A DNA stretch of 64,000 bases. Origin: an uncultured bacterium (GTDB lineage Bacteria; Fidelibacterota; Marinisomatia; Marinisomatales; Marinisomataceae). The DNA is taken from contig CALSRE010000002.1 of NCBI GenBank assembly GCA_943788675.1, positions 137,371-201,370 on the forward strand, given 5' to 3'. The notes below the pieces were generated by a model, which was given only the letters and a program-made list of their open reading frames with translations, was not told the origin of the DNA and searched no databases. The position numbers were made by a program, and so were the translations under genes. How positions within the stretch are numbered: position 1 is the first letter of the stretch; each line of letters begins with the position of its first letter. This document shows positions 57,839 through 64,000 of the stretch, in pieces.

Positions 57839-59278
57839 TTAAGCGCCAATCAAATCAAGGACTAGCCTAATCACTTGACCTGAAGCGCTGTTCTTTTGAA
57901 TGTAACTTCTATTTTCAACATGATAAGAAGTTCCAGCTACATCAAAATGAGCCCATGGAATATCTTTACCGACAAAAGCTTTCAAAAAAGCAGCTCCAGC
58001 TATAGTTCCAGCTTGACCTGGAGAACCTAAATTTTTTACATCAGCAACTTCAGATTTTACCTGGTCGCAATACTCATCCCAAAGTGGTAACTGCCAAACA
58101 TGCTCTCCAGTATTATCTGATGAAACTTTAATATTTTCAACCAATGATTCGTTATTACTCATTAATCCTGTTGCTATATGACCGAGTGTTACTACAACTG
58201 CACCTGTAAGAGTTGCAAAATCAAGCATGTACTCAGGATCGTAATGCTTACTTGCATATGCAAGAGCGTCAGCAAGAATCAATCTTCCTTCAGCGTCGGT
58301 ATTTAACACTTCAATCGTTTTTCCATTGTATGCTGTAAGAATATCTCCTGGCCTATATGCAGAACCGCCTAACATGTTATGTGTTGATGGAACTATTGCT
58401 ACAACATTCATCTTTGGTTTTAATTCAGCAATTGCATTCATAACTCCAAAAACTACAGCAGAACCGCACATATCAAATTTCATTTGATCCATATTTAAGC
58501 CTGGCTTAAGAGAAACACCTCCAGTGTCAAATGTCAGCCCTTTACCAACAAGCATTATTGGTTTTTCATCTTTTTTACCACCGGAATATTCCATGATAAT
58601 AAATTTTGGAGGCTCATTAGTACCTTGAGCAACGCCAGCAAAAGATCCCATTCCCATTTCAGTAAATTCTTCTCTATCAAAAATAGTAACTTTCATATTA
58701 CCTTTCTTTCCAACTGCAGAAGCAAATTCTGCTAATCTGGTTGGTGTAGTAACATTTCCTGGATGGTTTCCTAGATCTCTCGAATCGCAAACAGCGCTAC
58801 CAATAATTACTCCTTTTTTGGCTGCTTCCTCATTGCAAGCTCCAACCATTGTAATGCCATTTAAGTGATAATCCCCTCTTTGATCTGTGAAATAATCTAA
58901 GAACCTATAACTTGATAAAATTAAACCTTCTGCAAAAGCTTGACAAAAATATTCACCTTCGTCAGAAACCGGACATTCTACAGCTATATCACTATATTTG
59001 TGTTTTAAAGCATAACCTACAATCTCTCCAGCTGCTCTTCGAAAATTTTCAGGAGTTTTTTCTGAAGAATTACCTAGCCCATAGTAAACTACTCTAGACT
59101 CATTATCTATTTCAAAAACTAATTCTCCAACTTTTCCTGTTTTATTTTGCGATTTAAACAACTGAGCTAAATCTTTATCCATTGTATCAGAAAATGTAGG
59201 TACAGCAACCATGCTATAGTTTTTGTCTACTAATTCCTTATGATTTTTTAAAAATTTTAATTCTTTAATGTGTGCCAT
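57839..59278 (-). CDS. pepA: leucyl aminopeptidase (M17)
   Basis: VGKGLTFDTGG, NTDAEGRL and TLTGA motifs. 479 aa. Confidence 0.95.
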   Translation of the reverse strand: MAHIKELKFLKNHKELVDKNYSMVAVPTFSDTMDKDLAQLFKSQNKTGKVGELVFEIDNESRVVYYGLGNSSEKTPENFRRAAGEIVGYALKHKYSDIAVECPVSDEGEYFCQAFAEGLILSSYRFLDYFTDQRGDYHLNGITMVGACNEEAAKKGVIIGSAVCDSRDLGNHPGNVTTPTRLAEFASAVGKKGNMKVTIFDREEFTEMGMGSFAGVAQGTNEPPKFIIMEYSGGKKDEKPIMLVGKGLTFDTGGVSLKPGLNMDQMKFDMCGSAVVFGVMNAIAELKPKMNVVAIVPSTHNMLGGSAYRPGDILTAYNGKTIEVLNTDAEGRLILADALAYASKHYDPEYMLDFATLTGAVVVTLGHIATGLMSNNESLVENIKVSSDNTGEHVWQLPLWDEYCDQVKSEVADVKNLGSPGQAGTIAGAAFLKAFVGKDIPWAHFDVAGTSYHVENRSYIQKNSASGQVIRLVLDLIGA

Positions 59279-59290
59279 TTTTAATTTCCT

Positions 59291-59683
59291 TTATAAGCTT
59301 AGATTATGTTTAAAGCTGATTAAATCCCCTGTTTCATTCTTGATTACTGCAACAAACGTAATGTCGGCAGTACAAGCAAGTCTTTTTCCATGATCTTTGC
59401 TTTCTGCAAAGGCCTGAACTTGAACTTTTATCGAAGTATTACCAGCGTCAATTATTTGTGATTTACATTTTACCCAATCTCCAAGATAAACTGGTTCTTT
59501 AAATTCAACCTTATCCAATGCGCGAGTAACCGCACCCCAAGCATCCGTCTCTTCTAAGAATTCTGAAGCCGCTTTTGCTGCAGCCAAATCAAGCCATGCT
59601 AGCATATATCCACCAAAAAGTGTTCCAGCAGTATTAATGTGCGTGGGTTGGACTAACTCTGAATATTCTGAAATGTTATTCAC
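59291..59683 (-). CDS. acyl-CoA thioesterase (hotdog fold, YciA-like)
   Basis: 130 aa with NTAGTLFGGYMLAWLDLAAA, typical of 4HBT/YciA thioesterases. GTG start. Confidence 0.8.
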   Translation of the reverse strand: MNNISEYSELVQPTHINTAGTLFGGYMLAWLDLAAAKAASEFLEETDAWGAVTRALDKVEFKEPVYLGDWVKCKSQIIDAGNTSIKVQVQAFAESKDHGKRLACTADITFVAVIKNETGDLISFKHNLSL

Positions 59684-59762
59684 GTCAATAATTTATAAAA
59701 AATTGCAACTTTGTGAGCGCTTTATTTCAAAAAATTTTAAAATTATTGCTCTTATATTGAAA

Positions 59763-61049
59763 TTAAAGATTTTTAGCAATTGCTTCGCCTTCAGCTATAT
59801 CGACCTTTGAAAAAATATAACCTCCTAAAAGAAACAAAATCATAATTGACATTAATCCAAAGCGAGCTGCTAAAATTTCATCATCTACAATACCGCTTAA
59901 GAGTAAAGTAACAGTTCCCATTAAAATAGGTCCAAAAACTGCAGCAAACTTTCCAAGCATATTGTAAAAACCATAAAACTCAGCTGCCTTATTTTCAGGA
60001 ATTATTCTGGAATATAGACTTCTGCTAAGTGATTGTATTCCTCCTTGAAAACAACCAATCAAGAAAGCTACTATATAAAAATGGGTAATAGTTTCTGTAA
60101 AATACCCTGCAAAAATAATAACTAAATATCCTGCTATACCTAAGTATATACCGTTTTTTAAACCAATGAATTTTGAAAGCTTTATATAGGCAAGAGTAGC
60201 AACAAAGGCTATCAATTGTATAAATACCAGAGCGCCCATTATGGCTGCCTGATCAAAACCTAGAGTAAAAGCAAAATTTGCTGCCATTCTAACAACCGTA
60301 TCAACACCGTCAATATAAAGCCAATATGCTAAGAGAAAAGTGGCAACAACTTTCAATTTTTTTAAATCATTGAAAGTGCTTTTAAATTGAATTAAACCAT
60401 TCTTAATTGAATCACTAATACTTTCCTGATTATGGTGCTGCGGCTCTTCGACAAATAAGATTAATGGCAAAGAAAATACAGTCCACCAAATAGCAACTGA
60501 AATAAAAGAATATTTTGTGGCTTGAACTGCGTCAATTAATCCGAATGTAGCAGGATATGAAATCATCAAAAAATTAATAATTATGAGAATACCTCCGCCA
60601 AGATAGCCTAATGAAAAACCTAATGCAGATACTTGGTCAACACTTTTTTCATCAGAAACTGCAGGCAATAATGAATCATAAAAAATATTTGCTCCAGAAA
60701 ATCCTATAGTTGAAAAAATATACACCAATAGAGCAATTTGCCACATACCTTGAGCAATGAAACCTAAACTCAAAGTCATTACAATACCTAAAAAAGCAAA
60801 GAAAATGAGGAATTTCTTCTTAAAACTTCCTCTATCTGCAATAGCTCCTAAAATAGGCGCCATTAATGCAACAATTAATGATGCAATAGAATTACCAAGA
60901 CCAAGGTAAAAGGTGCTAATAGATAAATTGTCAGGATTAGACCAATATTGGGAAAAGAAAATAGGAAAAAAACCAGCCATTACAGTTGTAGCAAAAGCAG
61001 AATTTGCCCAATCATACAACGCCCAACTATAAGTTTGTTTTTTTGTCAT
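59763..61049 (-). CDS. MFS transporter, UMF1 (Atg22-like) family
   Basis: SWALYDWANSAF N-terminal signature and about 12 TM segments. Confidence 0.8.
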   Translation of the reverse strand: MTKKQTYSWALYDWANSAFATTVMAGFFPIFFSQYWSNPDNLSISTFYLGLGNSIASLIVALMAPILGAIADRGSFKKKFLIFFAFLGIVMTLSLGFIAQGMWQIALLVYIFSTIGFSGANIFYDSLLPAVSDEKSVDQVSALGFSLGYLGGGILIIINFLMISYPATFGLIDAVQATKYSFISVAIWWTVFSLPLILFVEEPQHHNQESISDSIKNGLIQFKSTFNDLKKLKVVATFLLAYWLYIDGVDTVVRMAANFAFTLGFDQAAIMGALVFIQLIAFVATLAYIKLSKFIGLKNGIYLGIAGYLVIIFAGYFTETITHFYIVAFLIGCFQGGIQSLSRSLYSRIIPENKAAEFYGFYNMLGKFAAVFGPILMGTVTLLLSGIVDDEILAARFGLMSIMILFLLGGYIFSKVDIAEGEAIAKNL

Positions 61050-62365
61050 TAGCCTTTTCGCAAAGAAAACTTAATGGTTATGCCCTTTAAATCAAAAGAA
61101 TCCCTTAATTGGTTATGTAAGTACCTTAAATATTGTACAGATATTAGTTTGGGATAATTGCTAAATATCGCAAAAATAGGAGGAGATTGTTGGACCTGTT
61201 CAATGAACTTTAACTTAATTGATTTACCTAACTTAGCTGGAGGAGGATAGTTTCTAACAGCTTTTTCTACCCACTCATTAAGCTTTTTAGTAGACAATTT
61301 TTCTCTTTGCTTAGTAAAAATATCCCAAGCAACTTCTAATATATTTGACACTCTTCTTTTTGTTAAAGCAGAAACAAATAAAATGGGATAATGTCTTAAA
61401 TCTTTGAATTCATCATACATATCTTGCTTATAAAGCTCTGCAGAAACATCAGCTCCTGAAGCTAGATCCCATTTGTTAACAAGAATAATCATTCTTTTTC
61501 CTTTTTTAATTACTTCCTTAGCAATTGATTTTTCCTGTTTTGTAAATCCTTTTTCAGCATCAACAACTAGCAATACTAAATCTGATCTCAAAAGTGAATC
61601 CATTGCTCTAAGAGAGCTGTAAAATTCTATATCTGAATCTATCTTACTCTTCTTTCGAAGACCGGCTGTATCAACTACTTTGATATTTTTTCCATGCCAT
61701 TTAATTATAGTATCCAATGAATCTCTCGTAGTTCCTGCAATATCAGAGACTATTGCCTGATCTCTCTGAAGCAAGGCATTCAACAACGATGACTTTCCAA
61801 CATTTGGCATACCTACAATCGAAAGAGAGCAATCTTCATCTTCATCTGATTTAGAAATTAAATTAAAATCAATATGCTCAAATAATTCATCTAACATATC
61901 TCCAATACCAGCACCGTTTAATGCAGAAATTGGAAAAGGATTTTCAAAACCAATATCAAAGAATTGATCTTTTCTATGATGATGATCTGGAGTGTCACAT
62001 TTGTTAACGCCCATCACAAAATTTTTCCCTGACTTTCTAACTAATTTAGATAAAAGATTATCGTTTGGATTTAAACCGTCTTTTCCATCAACCAAAAAAA
62101 TTATTCCATGACATTCGTTTAAAGCTGCAGAGATTTGTACTTTAATTTTTTTATTAAAAATATCTTCATTGGAACTAACAAATCCCCCAGTATCTATGAT
62201 ATTAAATTCTTGTGAAAGCCATTCTGCGCTTGCATAGACTCTATCTCTTGTTACTCCTTCTAATTGGTCAACAATAGATGTTCTTTTTCCAGAAAGTTTA
62301 TTAAACAATGTAGATTTACCCACATTTGGACGTCCAATAATTGCTATTTTCGGTTTTTTGGCCAT
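61049..62365 (-). CDS. der: ribosome-biogenesis GTPase Der (EngA)
   Basis: Two tandem G domains (GRPNVGKST and GMPNVGKSS, DTGG/DTAG, NKCD/NKWD) plus a KH-like C-terminus. Confidence 0.95.
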   Translation of the reverse strand: MAKKPKIAIIGRPNVGKSTLFNKLSGKRTSIVDQLEGVTRDRVYASAEWLSQEFNIIDTGGFVSSNEDIFNKKIKVQISAALNECHGIIFLVDGKDGLNPNDNLLSKLVRKSGKNFVMGVNKCDTPDHHHRKDQFFDIGFENPFPISALNGAGIGDMLDELFEHIDFNLISKSDEDEDCSLSIVGMPNVGKSSLLNALLQRDQAIVSDIAGTTRDSLDTIIKWHGKNIKVVDTAGLRKKSKIDSDIEFYSSLRAMDSLLRSDLVLLVVDAEKGFTKQEKSIAKEVIKKGKRMIILVNKWDLASGADVSAELYKQDMYDEFKDLRHYPILFVSALTKRRVSNILEVAWDIFTKQREKLSTKKLNEWVEKAVRNYPPPAKLGKSIKLKFIEQVQQSPPIFAIFSNYPKLISVQYLRYLHNQLRDSFDLKGITIKFSLRKG

Positions 62366-62406
62366 AATAAAGGATTATACAACTATGTGAATTGTGGTGC
62401 TATTAA

Positions 62407-62841
62407 TTATTTTAACAAAAAGATGAATATATCAATCCATAGTACAAGACTTACAATTAAGGAATACTGGAAAGGAATTCTTCTTTTAGAGATTTTTGGA
62501 TTTGAAATTCTTACAAAATAATGCCATAGCCTTAGTGCAACATATATCCAAGATAAAGCTAAATTAAATACTGATACATTATTTAAAACGTAAGCACACA
62601 AACAAAAAATTAAAAAGACTATTGGAGCTTGAAAAAGATTTTTATATAACTCTCTAGAAGCTTGAATATTATCGGGAATTTCTTGCCAACCTGGCATGTA
62701 TTTTAACCATCGCGGGTCAAGTTCTTTACTCACTATTGATTTTTTAATTTGCAATGCATTGACTAGTGTATGCAAATGCATCATTAAGATAATTGGAAAA
62801 ATTGGAAATAAAATTAAAGCAGAATTTAAACTACTGTCCAA
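62407..62841 (-). CDS. MAPEG-family-like membrane protein
   Basis: 144 aa and 4 TM segments, with a ...R...N..E....F.......... and RL.HY pattern. The assignment is tentative. Confidence 0.4.
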   Translation of the reverse strand: MDSSLNSALILFPIFPIILMMHLHTLVNALQIKKSIVSKELDPRWLKYMPGWQEIPDNIQASRELYKNLFQAPIVFLIFCLCAYVLNNVSVFNLALSWIYVALRLWHYFVRISNPKISKRRIPFQYSLIVSLVLWIDIFIFLLK

Positions 62842-63820
62842 GATAAACTCTTAAGGGCTCGCTTCTAGTTTTATGAGCTAATCTTCTGATAGCTTTTTCT
62901 TTAATCTGCCTAACTCGTTCTCTAGTTAGACTAAATTGTTCGCCAATTTCGTTAAGCGTGAAAGATCTATCTCTATTAATTCCAAAATACATCTCTATTA
63001 CTGAGCGTTCTCTTTCTGTTAATGTACTTAAAGCAGAAGCGATTTCTTCTTTCATAGAAGTATCCATTACTTTATTATCAGGATCTTTTTCCTGCTCATC
63101 TTCAATAACATTAATTAAAGAACTGTCTTCACCTTCAGCAAATGGAGCATCTAATGAACTATGCCTTCTTGAATACTGTAAAGCATTAAACACTTCTTCT
63201 GATTTGACATCGAGCTGGTGGCTAATTTCTTCCACTTTTGGAGGTCTACCCATTTCAGCTTCTAGTTTTTCAGCTGCTTTAGTTATTTTTGTAATAGTAC
63301 CAACACGATTTAATGGCAATCTTATTAATCTTCCCTGCTCTGCTAATGCTTGAAGAATTGCTTGTCTAATCCACCATACTGCATATGAAATAAATTTAAA
63401 CCCTCTTGACGGATCGAACCTTTTTGCAGCTTTAATTAATCCTAAATTACCTTCGTTAATAATATCAGATAATGAAAGACCATTTCCTTGGTATTTTTTT
63501 GCAACAGAAACAACAAATCTTAAGTTTGCTTCTACTAGTTCTTTCATAGCTCTTTTGTCGCCTTTAGCAATTAAGACTGCTAGTTCTACCTCTTTTTCTG
63601 GAGCTAATGGTTCGTATTGCGATATTTCCGATAAATACATGCTAATTGTACCGCTAGATACTTTAGATCTCTTGATTCTTTCATCAGCTCTACCCAGCGC
63701 TTGTTTTCTTTTTTCTTCTTCTGCCTGCTCCTTTTCAATAGCAGCAGCCATTTCATCAGGGCCAGTAGATTCAATATTCTTTAATTCGTTAGAAAGTTTT
63801 TTTGAGATTTTGGCAGTCAA
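62831..63820 (-). CDS. rpoD: RNA polymerase sigma-70 family factor, RpoD/RpoS type (regions 1.2-4)
   Basis: NLRFVVSVAKKY, GNLGLIKAAKRFDP, YAVWWIRQAI, IRLP and TRERVRQIKEKAIRRL motifs. Short N-terminus. Confidence 0.88.
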   Translation of the reverse strand: MTAKISKKLSNELKNIESTGPDEMAAAIEKEQAEEEKRKQALGRADERIKRSKVSSGTISMYLSEISQYEPLAPEKEVELAVLIAKGDKRAMKELVEANLRFVVSVAKKYQGNGLSLSDIINEGNLGLIKAAKRFDPSRGFKFISYAVWWIRQAILQALAEQGRLIRLPLNRVGTITKITKAAEKLEAEMGRPPKVEEISHQLDVKSEEVFNALQYSRRHSSLDAPFAEGEDSSLINVIEDEQEKDPDNKVMDTSMKEEIASALSTLTERERSVIEMYFGINRDRSFTLNEIGEQFSLTRERVRQIKEKAIRRLAHKTRSEPLRVYLGQ

Positions 63821-63901
63821 TTGATTAATCCTTTTAGTAGAATTTTTATTGTTTTCACAGTCCGAAATTTACCAAATTTTCAAGATTTTCCAAGCTATTT
63901 A

Positions 63902-64000
63902 TTAAGAGAGATTTGAAAGTGCATCTTTTAAAGATTGAAATTTAAATTTATAACCACTTTCTAGAGTTCTTTGTGGTTCCGTTTTAGGGCCGTATAATAA
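63902..64000 (-). CDS. C-terminal 32 codons of a TIGR01777/YfcH-like (DUF1731) epimerase; the rest lies beyond the window edge
   Basis: My minus-strand translation gives LLYGPKTEPQRTLESGYKFKFQSLKDALSNLS*. It resembles the conserved C-terminal ...LL.aGF.F.yp.L..AL..L of that family. Confidence 0.4.
   Translation of the reverse strand, partial: LLYGPKTEPQRTLESGYKFKFQSLKDALSNLS

Noticed and set aside
1-64000. CRISPR arrays, rRNA genes, IS elements/transposases, long tandem repeats
   Set aside because: Reading through the few non-coding stretches (the largest are about 165 nt) revealed no repeat-spacer periodicity, no rRNA-like conserved blocks and no transposase/integrase-like ORFs. The coding genes account for nearly all of the sequence.

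Overview
This is a visibly AT-rich, very gene-dense bacterial chromosomal segment. Most genes are on the minus strand, and many start/stop codons overlap or abut, so it looks like a streamlined genome. Several protein families (DUF4837-like, DUF5683-like, short RpoD-type sigma, many secreted peptidases) suggest an uncultured marine FCB-superphylum-like heterotroph, but that is inference only. The content is mostly housekeeping. It includes a complete 10-gene aromatic amino-acid operon with no intergenic spacers: chorismate mutase, class II DAHP synthase, aroA, aroE, aroC, aroK, aroB, aroQ, pheA, tyrA. It also includes peptidases (PepF, DPP-IV, Pip, PepA, a penicillin-acylase family protein), accA, nadE, asnS, alaS, guaB, rpsT, der, a sigma-70 factor, tatC, LPS-core genes (waaA, GT9), pntAA/AB/B, one tRNA-Ala(GGC) and various transporters. 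I saw no rRNA, CRISPR array, transposase or integrase. The best finding is an unannotated 19-codon Phe/Tyr-rich leader ORF followed by a terminator hairpin, directly upstream of the aromatic operon. This is a candidate ribosome-mediated attenuator. Other notable items are a bacterial indoleamine-2,3-dioxygenase-like gene coupled to a TlpA-like thioredoxin, and a small phage-derived islet (Gp157-like, ICMT-like, PD-(D/E)XK nuclease) between pntB and pepA. Two patches (27.2-32.1 kb and 37.2-39.2 kb) contain six consecutive or nearby genes, including lepA and uvrB, each broken by several frameshifts. These breaks are most likely homopolymer sequencing errors and less likely real pseudogenes. All calls rest on reading the supplied translations and the sequence by eye. 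No searches or folding programs were run.
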